In this document: positions 53,928-63,926 of the stretch, one piece after another
Numbering within the stretch: the first letter of the stretch is position 1
Layout of the letters: each line of letters begins with the position of its first letter
NCBI GenBank assembly: GCA_964464475.1
Contig: CAYXGG010000003.1
Location: 48,823-112,822 of the forward strand
Direction: 5' to 3'
Origin: an uncultured Planctomycetales bacterium
Lineage (GTDB): Bacteria > Omnitrophota > Gorgyraeia > Zapsychrales > JAHFFX01
DNA length: 64,000 nucleotides
Notes under the pieces: generated by a model
The model's input: the letters and a program-made list of their open reading frames with translations, nothing else
Databases searched by the model: none
What the model was told of the DNA's origin: nothing
Translations under genes and position numbers: made by a program

Positions 53928-54362
53928 GTGACCCCAATGCCCTGTTCGGACAGTTCCTCAGGAATCAATGTTTTCCTTGATTCCGCAGGACGATTACTCA
54001 AATTTCAATTTGCCAAGATTACTTGTAGCCAAGAAATCAGCTCATCCACCGGCTACGCGGAGTACTGCCAAGGACAATCTCCAGAAACTATCCTAGAGCA
54101 TCGTTACGCTGATCTTGTTAATCTCTTAAAACTTCACGATGAAGAAAAGCAATTTATTCTTCACTTAGAGTGGGAAGCCCTGCGTGCCGCAATCGCTCAA
54201 TACCTAGGACTAACACATCCCGATATAGATTCAGAACGTTGTAAAATCACATCCATCTCTTATTCACCCGAAGGCGTGGAGATCAATGAAGTGATTCTGC
54301 CCCCTAAATCGCTTCCCAAAATTATGGCCTGCGGGATGATTGATGGAGAGACATCGCACTAA
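53928..54362 (+). CDS. Hypothetical Cys-containing protein with weak NifU/IscU-like C-terminal resemblance.
   Basis: 144 aa. Poor ribosome-binding site and a GTG or internal ATG start. EALRAAIAQY resembles the IscU C-terminus. Uncertain. Confidence 0.3.
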   Translation: MTPMPCSDSSSGINVFLDSAGRLLKFQFAKITCSQEISSSTGYAEYCQGQSPETILEHRYADLVNLLKLHDEEKQFILHLEWEALRAAIAQYLGLTHPDIDSERCKITSISYSPEGVEINEVILPPKSLPKIMACGMIDGETSH

Positions 54363-54381
54363 AACTAGTTTGGGAAACAAA

Positions 54382-54415
54382 AAAGCCTCCGGGGTTACTA
54401 TCCCAGGAGGCTCTT
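54382..54415. terminator. Bidirectional terminator hairpin between the hypothetical gene and ilvH.
   Basis: AGCCTCCGGGG...CCCAGGAGGCT stem with flanking A-run and T-run. Confidence 0.5.
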
Positions 54416-54436
54416 CATTGCAAAAAGCTAAAAAGA

Positions 54437-54961
54437 TTACGTCTCTTTTTTACCTCGCATCATAAGAATTTTTCCAGTCCTAACCATTTCCAAAACGCCA
54501 AATTTCTTTAACTGCTCTTCCAATTGATCTAAATCAGCAGAAGTGCCCGTTTGCTCCACGATCAAGCATTTTTCTGAATCATCTACGATATGAGCACGGT
54601 ATTTCTTAATGAGTTTACTAACCGTTGCCTTGCTGCCGGGTTTGGCTTGAATTTTGACCAAAGCTAACTCTTTTTCAATGGCGCCTTCGGCCGTGTGTTC
54701 ACTAACGTGAAGCACATCAATCAATTTACCGGCTTGCTTAATAATCTGCTCCAAAGATTCAGGATTCCCGGAAGCGGTAATGGTCATCCGAGAATAATCG
54801 GCATTTAAGGTGGGGGAGACGACCAACGAATCAATATTGAATCCTCTTCGCGCAAAAACCAGCGCAATGCGCACCAAAACACCAGGTTTATTAGCAACCA
54901 ACAAACTGATCGTATGCAAATCTTTACGTTGCGAACGTTTTAATTCGGCTGTGATAGTCAT
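54437..54961 (-). CDS. ilvH: Acetolactate synthase small (regulatory) subunit.
   Basis: N-terminal ACT domain (HTISLLVANKPGVLVRIALVFARRGFNIDSL). 174 aa. Confidence 0.88.
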   Translation of the reverse strand: MTITAELKRSQRKDLHTISLLVANKPGVLVRIALVFARRGFNIDSLVVSPTLNADYSRMTITASGNPESLEQIIKQAGKLIDVLHVSEHTAEGAIEKELALVKIQAKPGSKATVSKLIKKYRAHIVDDSEKCLIVEQTGTSADLDQLEEQLKKFGVLEMVRTGKILMMRGKKET

Positions 54962-54962
54962 A

Positions 54963-56717
54963 TTATGTACTTCCTGTTGGTTTCTCTAACTTTTGATCTT
55001 TTTTTGGTGGTTCAATGATCATGTGATACGCCGATTTTCCCGCAGGAATCATAGGAAAAACATTATCTTCCTTGATGACTTCGGCATGGATAACACAGGG
55101 GCCAGCATATTCCATCGCCTGTTTCAAAACTCTATGGGCATCCTCGGGTTTAGCCACATGAAATCCCTTAATGCCATACGCTTCCGCCAATTTCACAAAA
55201 TCCGGATTACCTTCCAAATCCACTCCGGAAAGCCGGTTGTCAAAAAACAATTCCTGCCATTGACGCACCATCCCCAAATATTTATTATCAATAATCAAAA
55301 CCTTAACCGGTAATTTATGCACAAAAACCGTCGACAATTCGTATAACGTCATTTGAAATCCACCGTCACCCACAATGGCCACGACCAAATCGTCCGGTTT
55401 ACCAAACTGCGCCCCAACAGCCGCAGGAAAACCAAATCCCATTGTCCCCGCGCCACCCGAAGACAACCAATAATCGCATTGGTCGGTCAAATAAAACTGA
55501 GCCGCCCACATTTGGTGCTGGCCCACGTCGGTAGAGACAATCGCCTTACCCTTGGTGACTTTATACAATTCGTGAATGACTTGTTGCGCGGTCAAACCAT
55601 TTTTGGTTTCATATTTTAACGGATACTGTGCTTTTAAATGATTCAATTCATTTAACCAATCTTTAGTATTCAACGGTTCCACCAACTTGACCAATTCTTC
55701 AACGATCTCTTTGGCGTCACCAACCACACTGGCATCCGGCTTGACGATTTTATTCACTTCCGCCGGATCAATATCGATATGTAATTTCTTAGCACCAATA
55801 CAAAACTCAGCGTTATTACCGTTAATACGATCATCCCATCTGGACCCAATTGAAATAATTAAATCGCAAAGCGTGAGGGCTTTATTTGCGTAAGCGGTTC
55901 CGTGCATTCCCAGCATCCCTAAAGAAAGGGGATGAGTTTCTGGAAATCCGCCTTTACCCAATAAAGTATTAGTGACCGGGGCGTTTAACTTTTGGGCTAA
56001 CTTCATGATGGCTTGACCCGCGCGAGAAATAACCGTTCCATGCCCAACTAAAATTAATGGCTTTTTGGAACCCTTAAACAATTGCGCCATTTTCAGAATA
56101 TCTTTTTTGCTCGCTGGGCCAGGCACTTTATACCCGGGAATATCCATCTCAGGGTCGAGAGAGGGACCCGTAAATGGACCCGAAGAAATATCTTTAGGAA
56201 TATCAATCAACACCGGACCTGGTCGTCCCGTTGACGCAATAAAAAAAGCTTCCTTGATCATCCGAGGAATATCATTTGTTTTCTTGACCAGGTAATTATG
56301 CTTAACCACCGGCATTGAAACACCAAAAATATCCGCCTCCTGAAAGGCGTCCTTCCCCAACATCGCGGTAATGGTTTGCCCCGTGATCACAATCATCGGC
56401 ACTGAATCCATATGTGCAGTCATCATTCCGGTGACCGTATTAGTAGCACCTGGACCACTGGTAACAAGAACCACACCCGGCTTACCCGTTGCGCGCGCAT
56501 AACCGTCCGCCATATGAGTTGCGCCTTGTTCGTGGCGGACTAGAATTAATTTAATTTTTGAACCGACTAACGCGTCAAAGATGGGGATAGCCGCTCCCCC
56601 AGAGAGACCAAAAATGTACTCGACCTCTAAATTTTCTAAACAGCGAATCAGCGCTTCGGCGCCGGTCATCGGTTTAGGCGGTGTTGGGGTTTTAACTTTT
56701 GTGGGCATATTTTTCAT
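54963..56717 (-). CDS. ilvB: Acetolactate synthase large subunit.
   Basis: TPP enzyme with an FAD-binding middle domain. 584 aa. Its stop is 1 nt before the ilvH start. Confidence 0.88.
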   Translation of the reverse strand: MKNMPTKVKTPTPPKPMTGAEALIRCLENLEVEYIFGLSGGAAIPIFDALVGSKIKLILVRHEQGATHMADGYARATGKPGVVLVTSGPGATNTVTGMMTAHMDSVPMIVITGQTITAMLGKDAFQEADIFGVSMPVVKHNYLVKKTNDIPRMIKEAFFIASTGRPGPVLIDIPKDISSGPFTGPSLDPEMDIPGYKVPGPASKKDILKMAQLFKGSKKPLILVGHGTVISRAGQAIMKLAQKLNAPVTNTLLGKGGFPETHPLSLGMLGMHGTAYANKALTLCDLIISIGSRWDDRINGNNAEFCIGAKKLHIDIDPAEVNKIVKPDASVVGDAKEIVEELVKLVEPLNTKDWLNELNHLKAQYPLKYETKNGLTAQQVIHELYKVTKGKAIVSTDVGQHQMWAAQFYLTDQCDYWLSSGGAGTMGFGFPAAVGAQFGKPDDLVVAIVGDGGFQMTLYELSTVFVHKLPVKVLIIDNKYLGMVRQWQELFFDNRLSGVDLEGNPDFVKLAEAYGIKGFHVAKPEDAHRVLKQAMEYAGPCVIHAEVIKEDNVFPMIPAGKSAYHMIIEPPKKDQKLEKPTGST

Positions 56718-56813
56718 AAAATTCCTTAAGTTTATAAGGCTGTAATATTAACAAAATTGCCCTAGTGACGCAAGACAAAATTTGGGAATACCGTCAGCGT
56801 ATCAACATTCAGC

Positions 56814-56842
56814 TTGCCAGCGTCCTCATTTTTGTTTATAGT
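56814..56842 (+). promoter_or_regulatory. Sigma70-like promoter (TTGCCA-N17-TATAGT) ending about 11 nt before the next ATG. It may yield a leaderless mRNA.
   Basis: Hexamer match. No SD lies between the -10 hexamer and the ATG at 56854. Confidence 0.35.
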
Positions 56843-56853
56843 ATCGACCTGTC

Positions 56854-57870
56854 ATGATTTCAATAAAACAAACAGCAACTACGATCAAAGCCGTGGGCAT
56901 GATCTCCGGCGGTTTGGATAGCCTCTTAGCCGCAAAAATCATGCGCGATCTGGGGGTTGAAGTTCACGGGGTCTATTTTGCCATGCCCTGGGGCTGTTGC
57001 GATAAAGACAAAGCCCTGAAAGGAGCCGCTAAGCTAGGCATCCAGTGCCTAGTACTACAGCTAGATGAACGCTACCTTGAAATAGTCAAGAAACCCAAAC
57101 ATGGCTATGGCGCCGCCCTCAATCCTTGCGTTGATTGCCGTATTCATATGTTTAGTCGGGCTCAAAAATACATGGAACAAATTGGCGCTCACTTTGTTTT
57201 TACAGGTGAAGTGGTTGGCCAAAGACCTATGTCACAATTAAAGCATAAAATGGAACTGATTGAGCGCAATAGCGGTTTACAAGGACGCCTCCTACGGCCC
57301 CTGTGCGCCCAAATATTGGAACCGACTATTCCTGAACTAGATGGCTTAGTTGACCGAAAGAAACTATTGGCGCTCACTGGGCGCGGCCGTCGCGATCAGC
57401 TAGACCTAGCCGATCAATTTGGGATTACTGATTTTCTCGCTCCAGCAGGAGGATGTCTGTTAACGGACAAACATTTTGCAGTCAAAATGAAGGATACCTT
57501 TAAATTCGGTTATCGCAGTTTCCGGGAAACAATTGCTTTGAAATGGGGCCGACATTTCCGCTATAACTCAGAATTTAAGATTATTTTAGGAAGAGATGAA
57601 TTGGAAAATGAATCACTGAAGAGCTATGCCCATATGGATGATCTGATTATGGAGCTTCCTGATCGTAAGGGTCCGACATTAATTCTTAAAGGTACCAATC
57701 CAAGCACCGAACTGTTAACATTTTGCGCGGGACTTATTCAGAAATTCTCTATTTACAAAAATGCTCCACCCAAAATAACTCATTACTGGAAATCCGCTGA
57801 ACCGAACAATCAGTTCAACATCCAAGCTAGGATGATTGAAGATACAGAATTAGAACCTATGAAAATATAA
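56854..57870 (+). CDS. ThiI-like PP-loop ATP pyrophosphatase (adenine-nucleotide alpha-hydrolase) lacking the THUMP domain. Probable sulfurtransferase.
   Basis: SGGLDS PP-loop at the N-terminus, CVDCR, and FTGEVVGQRPMSQ (compare ThiI ITGESLGQVASQT). 338 aa. Confidence 0.6.
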   Translation: MISIKQTATTIKAVGMISGGLDSLLAAKIMRDLGVEVHGVYFAMPWGCCDKDKALKGAAKLGIQCLVLQLDERYLEIVKKPKHGYGAALNPCVDCRIHMFSRAQKYMEQIGAHFVFTGEVVGQRPMSQLKHKMELIERNSGLQGRLLRPLCAQILEPTIPELDGLVDRKKLLALTGRGRRDQLDLADQFGITDFLAPAGGCLLTDKHFAVKMKDTFKFGYRSFRETIALKWGRHFRYNSEFKIILGRDELENESLKSYAHMDDLIMELPDRKGPTLILKGTNPSTELLTFCAGLIQKFSIYKNAPPKITHYWKSAEPNNQFNIQARMIEDTELEPMKI

Positions 57871-57893
57871 TAAACCAGCAAATAATAAAACCT

Positions 57894-59204
57894 ATGTTAA
57901 CAGAACAAGACATTCTCAAGCCCTTATCGCAAATCATTGATCCGGATTTAAACCGTGATATTGTGTCGCTCGGATTCATTAAGAACCTCGTGATCAAAGG
58001 AGGGGACGTTAGTTTTGACATTGAATTAACAACTCCGGCCTGTCCCGTCAAATCCGAGTTTCAAAAGCAGGCAGAAAAACTCGTTGGTCAAATGGCTGGA
58101 GTTAAAAATGTAGCGGTCAATATGACCGCTCCGGAACGCGCCCGGCAAGCACCCACGGAACTCCTGGACAGCACCTTAAAAGATGTTAAATCCATCATTG
58201 CTGTCTCCTCGTGCAAAGGGGGCGTGGGGAAATCAACCATTGCGGCGGGTTTAGCGCTCACCTTGGCCCAGCGCGGGTTTAAGGTGGGTTTAGTCGATGC
58301 GGATTTATATGGGCCCTCAGTTCCATCTCTTTTTAAAATACCCCAATCTAAAGTCTTTGCGGATGAGAAAAACCACATCATTCCGTTGCAGTTCGGGCCC
58401 TTAAAAGTCATGTCGTTCGGATATCTCTTAGGTGATTCACCAGCCGTCATGCGCGGTCCGATTGTGTCTCGATATATCCAGCAGTTATTGCATAGCACGG
58501 CCTGGGGTAACTTGGATTATCTTTTTATTGATATGCCTCCTGGGACCGGAGATATTCAACTGACGATCACTCAGACGGTACGATTATCTGGAGCCGTCAT
58601 CGTCACGACCCGGCAAACTCTTTCCTTAGTGGACGTCTCACGCGGGATATTGATGTTTGAGAAAGTTGCCGTCCCGATGCTAGGCATCATTGAAAACATG
58701 TCTTATTTTGTTTGCGATCACTGTTCTAAGAAACATTACATTTTTGGAGGAAGTCAATCAACAGACCTGGAATCCCGATTTGGGTTACCGACATTAGCCG
58801 AAATACCTATTCTGCAATCCTTGACCGGGACCTTAGATGCGCAGCAAACCAATCCAGTCATGAATCATGCCGTTGACCAAGTCATTCGGGCCCTGGGACG
58901 CCAACAGCTCATCAGCCAGGACATTCCTAGTGTTAAATTCGATAAGAATCAATTAAATTTGGAATGGCGTGATGGGAGGAAGGTTTCGTTAGCTCACCGC
59001 CCGATTCGCCTAAGCTGTCAATGCGCTCTTTGCGTCAATGAATTAACTGGAGAGAGACTGCTTAAAGAAGGGAATATTCCCGTGGACATTCAGCCTAAAG
59101 AAATCTTTCCCTTAGGAAATTACGCGCTAGGAATTAACTGGAGCGACGGGCATTCTTCCGGAATTTATCCGTACAAATCCCTACTGAAACTGGCTGGCCA
59201 ATAA
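57894..59204 (+). CDS. apbC: Fe-S cluster carrier ATPase Mrp/ApbC (NBP35 family) with an N-terminal DUF59 and a C-terminal DUF971-like domain.
   Basis: P-loop CKGGVGKST, CxxC (VCDHC) and a C-terminal Cys-containing extension. Confidence 0.85.
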   Translation: MLTEQDILKPLSQIIDPDLNRDIVSLGFIKNLVIKGGDVSFDIELTTPACPVKSEFQKQAEKLVGQMAGVKNVAVNMTAPERARQAPTELLDSTLKDVKSIIAVSSCKGGVGKSTIAAGLALTLAQRGFKVGLVDADLYGPSVPSLFKIPQSKVFADEKNHIIPLQFGPLKVMSFGYLLGDSPAVMRGPIVSRYIQQLLHSTAWGNLDYLFIDMPPGTGDIQLTITQTVRLSGAVIVTTRQTLSLVDVSRGILMFEKVAVPMLGIIENMSYFVCDHCSKKHYIFGGSQSTDLESRFGLPTLAEIPILQSLTGTLDAQQTNPVMNHAVDQVIRALGRQQLISQDIPSVKFDKNQLNLEWRDGRKVSLAHRPIRLSCQCALCVNELTGERLLKEGNIPVDIQPKEIFPLGNYALGINWSDGHSSGIYPYKSLLKLAGQ

Positions 59205-59212
59205 AAGCACCA

Positions 59213-59524
59213 TCACTTTCCCAGTTTTTGCTTCAATTCCCCGGAATCATGCATTTCCATGACGATATCGCAACCGCCAATAAATTCACCATTGATAAAG
59301 ACTTGTGGGATGGTGGGCCATTCGGTGAAATCTTTAATACCTTGTCGTAATTCAGGATCTTCCAAAACATTACGCGCTCCAAAAGGTAACCCGTAAGATT
59401 TAAGCACCTCAACTGTACGCGCGGAGAACCCGCATTGAGGAAAGTCAGGGGAACCTTTCATATAAATCATTACCTTATTCTCTTTAATATCTTGTTCAAT
59501 CATGTGTTTAATTTGGTCGTTCAT
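59213..59524 (-). CDS. grxD: Monothiol glutaredoxin (Grx4/GrxD type).
   Basis: CGFS active site (FPQCGFSARTVEVL). Confidence 0.9.
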   Translation of the reverse strand: MNDQIKHMIEQDIKENKVMIYMKGSPDFPQCGFSARTVEVLKSYGLPFGARNVLEDPELRQGIKDFTEWPTIPQVFINGEFIGGCDIVMEMHDSGELKQKLGK

Positions 59525-59536
59525 GGAGGCCTCCTC

Positions 59537-59800
59537 TTAAAATCCCAATTTAGTTTTTTCTTCCTGCCAGCGCTGCGGCGTAAAAGTTTTTAAACCTAAC
59601 GCGTGGACTGTCTGAAATGCTTCTTTTAAAGCTTTCATCACCAGTTGCTGTTGCTTAACAAGTGTCATACCTTCGAATACGGGGCTTACCACAAAAGCCT
59701 GTAAATGCTGACCGTCATTCATCGGATCCAAAACATACGCCACCGAATCGGGAACCGCAAGTTCGATAATGTTCTTAATTTCCTCTAAAGTCATGCTCAT
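59537..59800 (-). CDS. BolA-family protein.
   Basis: 87 aa, BolA fold signature (..HALGLKTFTP..W). Confidence 0.65.
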   Translation of the reverse strand: MSMTLEEIKNIIELAVPDSVAYVLDPMNDGQHLQAFVVSPVFEGMTLVKQQQLVMKALKEAFQTVHALGLKTFTPQRWQEEKTKLGF

Positions 59801-59801
59801 G

Positions 59802-60038
59802 TCATTTCCAATTCTTCTTTAACCACTCAATGATATCTAAGGATTCGTATAACGCTTTTCCATCAATCACCAAACAAGGAACCTGTCGCTTCCCACCGAT
59901 GGCCAAAAGTTCTTTTTCATAATTTGAATTTTGATGGATGTCTTTAAGCGGTAAAACAATATTGTTTTTTGCCAGGTAATCCCGAACCCGCGCGCAATAA
60001 GGGCAACCCGCAAAATGATAAAGTGTCAATTCCGCCAT
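59802..60038 (-). CDS. Dithiol glutaredoxin.
   Basis: CPYC active site. 78 aa. Confidence 0.85.
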   Translation of the reverse strand: MAELTLYHFAGCPYCARVRDYLAKNNIVLPLKDIHQNSNYEKELLAIGGKRQVPCLVIDGKALYESLDIIEWLKKNWK

Positions 60039-60068
60039 GGATAGTATCCTTTCATCCTGAAGCGTAGA

Positions 60069-61019
60069 CTACATTGCCTTCTGCCGAGCTACCAATTTCT
60101 CCACAAACTCAATCACATTTAACTCTAACCGCTGTCCATACAAATAATTCATTTCCTGCAAGCAGGTAGGAGAGGTGACGTTCACTTCCGTCAAAAATTT
60201 GCCGATGATATCGATGCCAACAAAATAGAGCTGCAATTCTTTAAGAAATGGTTTTAACAACGCAATGATTTTCTGGTCGTTAGAGGTAATCTCGCAAGCT
60301 TGTGCTTTGCCACCCGCAAAAAAATTATTACGATGATCCTGCTCGGAGTGAACTCTTAATAAAGCGCCCAAGGGTTCACCGTCTAACAATAAAATTCGTT
60401 TATCACCTTGTTGGGCTTCAGGAAGATATTGCTGGGCGATTATTTCTCGTGTGAAGTTATGGGTTAAGGTTTCCAAAATCACGTTGGTATTAGGATCTGC
60501 TTTTGGAATTATAAAGACGCCTTTCCCGCCATGACCATCGGTTGGCTTAACCACTATCTTTTGTTCGGAAAACAAAAAATTAATTAAGTCGGCCCGCTTT
60601 CGCGAAATGAGCGTGCGTGGAGCCACTTGGGGAAAGCGGGAGAGCCAAATCTTTTCATTCACGCTGCGTAACCCATGTGGACTGTTAATAACCGGGATTG
60701 ATTTAGGGAGTAGATCCAACAACCACGTGTTCAATAAATAATTGGCATCAAAAGGTGGGTCGCTGCGGACAAAAACAGCATCAATCTCCTGAGCAGACAA
60801 TTCGACTGTCTTTTTGCGAATAAAGGGGCTGCCTAGGACCCTTTGGGCAATGATTGACTGAGCTTGACAATAGACCGATCCGTTGAGAAAAGAAAAGTCG
60901 CCGTCTGTCGCAAAGAATACGGAATGGCCGCGTTCTTGAGCTCCCAGCATAAAAGCAAAGGATGTGTCCTTTTCCATCAACACCGTTTCCAAAGGATCCA
61001 TGAGGAAAACAAAATTCAT
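60069..61019 (-). CDS. gshB: Glutathione synthetase (prokaryotic ATP-grasp type).
   Basis: Collinear with E. coli GshB (DPPFD, KPLDGHGGKGVF, DGEP, GIDIIG). Confidence 0.9.
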   Translation of the reverse strand: MNFVFLMDPLETVLMEKDTSFAFMLGAQERGHSVFFATDGDFSFLNGSVYCQAQSIIAQRVLGSPFIRKKTVELSAQEIDAVFVRSDPPFDANYLLNTWLLDLLPKSIPVINSPHGLRSVNEKIWLSRFPQVAPRTLISRKRADLINFLFSEQKIVVKPTDGHGGKGVFIIPKADPNTNVILETLTHNFTREIIAQQYLPEAQQGDKRILLLDGEPLGALLRVHSEQDHRNNFFAGGKAQACEITSNDQKIIALLKPFLKELQLYFVGIDIIGKFLTEVNVTSPTCLQEMNYLYGQRLELNVIEFVEKLVARQKAM

Positions 61020-62305
61020 TTTGCTTGGCTCTCCAAATGTAAGATTTCCTGATGCGCAGCAATGACCGCAATGCGCGCCAGAATTCTATAGATATCAAAA
61101 ATATTTATTTCCGAATGACTTTCACAACAGCCATATTTGGGCAGGTGAGGACACATTCTTTTAAATTCCATCCCTGGAGAATTAAGGTTTTGACGGTCAG
61201 ATTTTGCGGAATTAACGCGATAAAAACCGCCCACCATATTGTTGGTAATCTGGTAAACGCAGACTTCGCTAGCTTTATTGTCAAAACTATAAACTGTTGG
61301 CACGCCTTCCTGAATTAAATATTTTTCAATAACCTGAGCGCTTTTTCCGGTAGATAAATTATTCCGTGCCCGACGGTTTAATTCCAAAATATCATTGGGA
61401 TCTTCAATAGGAACGACGGCCATGCCATAGGTTCCCGAATCACCCTTTAAAAAGACAAAGGGTTTCTGCTCCAGCTTGTGTTCAGCATATTTTTGACGGA
61501 TATCTTTAAATAAATCACTCGTTAGATCCATCAATTTCTGACGATCGTGCACATCATTAACATCAATTTTCTCTGCAGTCCGGAAGAAACAAGAAAAATA
61601 CCAAGGATCCAGATCTAAAATATTAGCGAAATCCAGAAGTAATTTATTGGCCAATTCAAAATGATGAGACTTAGATCTAGAATGCCATCCGGCCTGAATG
61701 GAAGGATAAATCGGTGTATGCGAATGCTTCAACACATCCGGAATACCTGAAGTAAGATCATTATTTAAAATGATCAAATCATATTTATCTTCATCGTGAG
61801 AAATCTTGTTAAGAATTTTTTTGAAGCAATAAATGCGGACGGATTTCTGCGTAGCTGTTTCCAACTCAATGTAATTCGCGCTTTCACAAAATTCGGGCTG
61901 AATATTAAAAAAAGTCGCGATGCGGGCCTGAAAACCGGCATTCTTAATAATTTCTTCCAGAATGCGAATATTCTCTAGATACCACGTATTGCGGGTATGC
62001 TCTTCAACAACCAATAATACTTTCTGACACTGCGGCACACGCTCCAGAATGGCCGAACGAATAAACTTAGCCGAATCCTCAATGCCATGCTCGCACAAAT
62101 TATTAAAACCGGCGGGAAAAAGATTGGTATCTACGACGGCAATTTTAAAACAGGCGTCGCGAATGTCCACCGAAGAATACAGCGGCAAATCCTTAATCGT
62201 CTCTTGAGAGCGTAACCAGGAATAGATATCGGCTTGCTTGTCGCGCATGCGCGCCATTAATAAATCAGCGCAATTGCCACGAGATAAATTATTTGTAGAA
62301 CTCAT
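61016..62305 (-). CDS. Putative glutamate--cysteine ligase-like protein (divergent; function inferred).
   Basis: About 430 aa. ATGA overlap with the gshB start suggests translational coupling. No confident family motif recognised. The ATG at 62305 was chosen over the track's TTG at 62326. Confidence 0.4.
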   Translation of the reverse strand: MSSTNNLSRGNCADLLMARMRDKQADIYSWLRSQETIKDLPLYSSVDIRDACFKIAVVDTNLFPAGFNNLCEHGIEDSAKFIRSAILERVPQCQKVLLVVEEHTRNTWYLENIRILEEIIKNAGFQARIATFFNIQPEFCESANYIELETATQKSVRIYCFKKILNKISHDEDKYDLIILNNDLTSGIPDVLKHSHTPIYPSIQAGWHSRSKSHHFELANKLLLDFANILDLDPWYFSCFFRTAEKIDVNDVHDRQKLMDLTSDLFKDIRQKYAEHKLEQKPFVFLKGDSGTYGMAVVPIEDPNDILELNRRARNNLSTGKSAQVIEKYLIQEGVPTVYSFDNKASEVCVYQITNNMVGGFYRVNSAKSDRQNLNSPGMEFKRMCPHLPKYGCCESHSEINIFDIYRILARIAVIAAHQEILHLESQAK

Positions 62306-62354
62306 AGGGGCACTATTATGCCTCAAAAACTCTTAAAAGTCACGTTGGAAGAAT

Positions 62355-63605
62355 TCAAGAAACTCGAGGTTGATCCATTGAAGGCACCAATCGCTGAACA
62401 ATCAATGCGCCCACCGCGTCACCTTCGACATTGACCATGGTGCGGAAGGTATCGAGGATTCGATCCATCGGTAAGAGGATGGCGATCGCCTCCACCGGCA
62501 GCCCAACTGATTGCAGGACCATCACCATCGTCACCATACCGGCACTGGGAATTCCCGGCGCTCCCATTGAAGCCAAGACCGAGGTTAGCAAAACAATAAT
62601 TTGTTGCGCTAAATTTAATTCAACGCCAGACAAATTAGCCACCAAAAGCGCCGCTGACGCTTCATAAAGGGCGGTTCCATCCATATTGATAGTGGCACCC
62701 AACGGAAAAACAAAACCCGCGATTTCTTTACGCACTCCCAAATTTTCCCGAGCACATTTAATGCTAATAGGAAGCGTCGCGTTACTAGAACTTGTCGTTA
62801 AGGCGGTGAGGAGGGCTTCTTTAAAACCACCGAAGAATTTTATCGGAGAATACTTTCCCACGATGGTAAGCGCTGCTGGCAAAATCACCAAACCATGAAA
62901 GAGCGTCGCGCCCAAAATAACCAATACAAATTGACCCAACATTTTAAGCAATCCGACATCCTGTGTGGCCACTAATTTAACTAACAACGCCAAAATACCT
63001 ACGGGAGCCAAACGCATAATCCAGCCGACCATCACCATCAAAATTTCAAAAAGCTCGTTTATGATATCGGTGGTATGCCGGCCACGCTCGCGCAACGCCA
63101 GTAACGCGGCCCCCAGAAACATCGCAAAAACAACAACAGCCAACACTTCCCCCTTGGCCATAGCGGCGATCGGATTAAGAAATACATTACCTAAAAACGA
63201 TTTTATAAACTCACCGACTGACATTTGCGCCGCTTTAAATTCAGCCATCTGAACGGAAAAAAGAGCGGTACTCAAACCGACTCCCGGCTTAAACACGTTC
63301 ATGACGAGCAATCCTAAGACCGAAGCACACGTTGAACTGATCATAAAATAAGTTAAGGTAACAACCCAAACTTTGCGCATCTGCTGGTGTGCTTTCAAAT
63401 TCACAATACCCACCACGATTGAAGAAAAGACCAGGGGGATAATGATCATTTTTAATAAATTAACAAAAACTGCCGCGACCAGCTCCGCCACATAGATGAC
63501 ATTGCTAAAAAGCGGATCTGCGGCCGGAATCTGCCGTAAAACAAAACCCAACCCCGCTCCGACTATCGCCCCTAAGAATATTTGTTGATTTAAGGAGATC
63601 TTCAT
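62355..63605 (-). CDS. Dicarboxylate/amino acid:cation symporter (DAACS, GltP/SstT-like).
   Basis: 8-TM/hairpin architecture with DAACS-typical motifs. About 416 aa. Confidence 0.8.
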   Translation of the reverse strand: MKISLNQQIFLGAIVGAGLGFVLRQIPAADPLFSNVIYVAELVAAVFVNLLKMIIIPLVFSSIVVGIVNLKAHQQMRKVWVVTLTYFMISSTCASVLGLLVMNVFKPGVGLSTALFSVQMAEFKAAQMSVGEFIKSFLGNVFLNPIAAMAKGEVLAVVVFAMFLGAALLALRERGRHTTDIINELFEILMVMVGWIMRLAPVGILALLVKLVATQDVGLLKMLGQFVLVILGATLFHGLVILPAALTIVGKYSPIKFFGGFKEALLTALTTSSSNATLPISIKCARENLGVRKEIAGFVFPLGATINMDGTALYEASAALLVANLSGVELNLAQQIIVLLTSVLASMGAPGIPSAGMVTMVMVLQSVGLPVEAIAILLPMDRILDTFRTMVNVEGDAVGALIVQRLVPSMDQPRVS

Positions 63606-63623
63606 TGTTATCAACTTTGTGGT

Positions 63624-63926
63624 ATGCTAACCAACATGGAAGAAAAAATTAAAGATCGCATGACCCGATTACTGCAGCAAACCTTTAAACCCGAACATCT
63701 TGAAGTTACTGATGAAAGCCATCGTCACCACGGCCACTTACCAGATCGGCCGCAAGGTGAATCGCATTTTTCGGTGCTCATTGTGAGCGATCAGTTTCAT
63801 GGGTTAACCCAGGTCCAACGGCATCGTTTGGTTTATCAGTGTTTGAAGGTGGATTTAAAAGAACACATCCACGCGCTGGCCCTTAAAACCCTCACCAACG
63901 CCGAATTTTCTGTACGCCAGCCATGA
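63624..63926 (+). CDS. BolA/IbaG-family protein.
   Basis: 100 aa, ..IHALALKT.. signature. Second BolA paralog in the window. Confidence 0.65.
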   Translation: MLTNMEEKIKDRMTRLLQQTFKPEHLEVTDESHRHHGHLPDRPQGESHFSVLIVSDQFHGLTQVQRHRLVYQCLKVDLKEHIHALALKTLTNAEFSVRQP

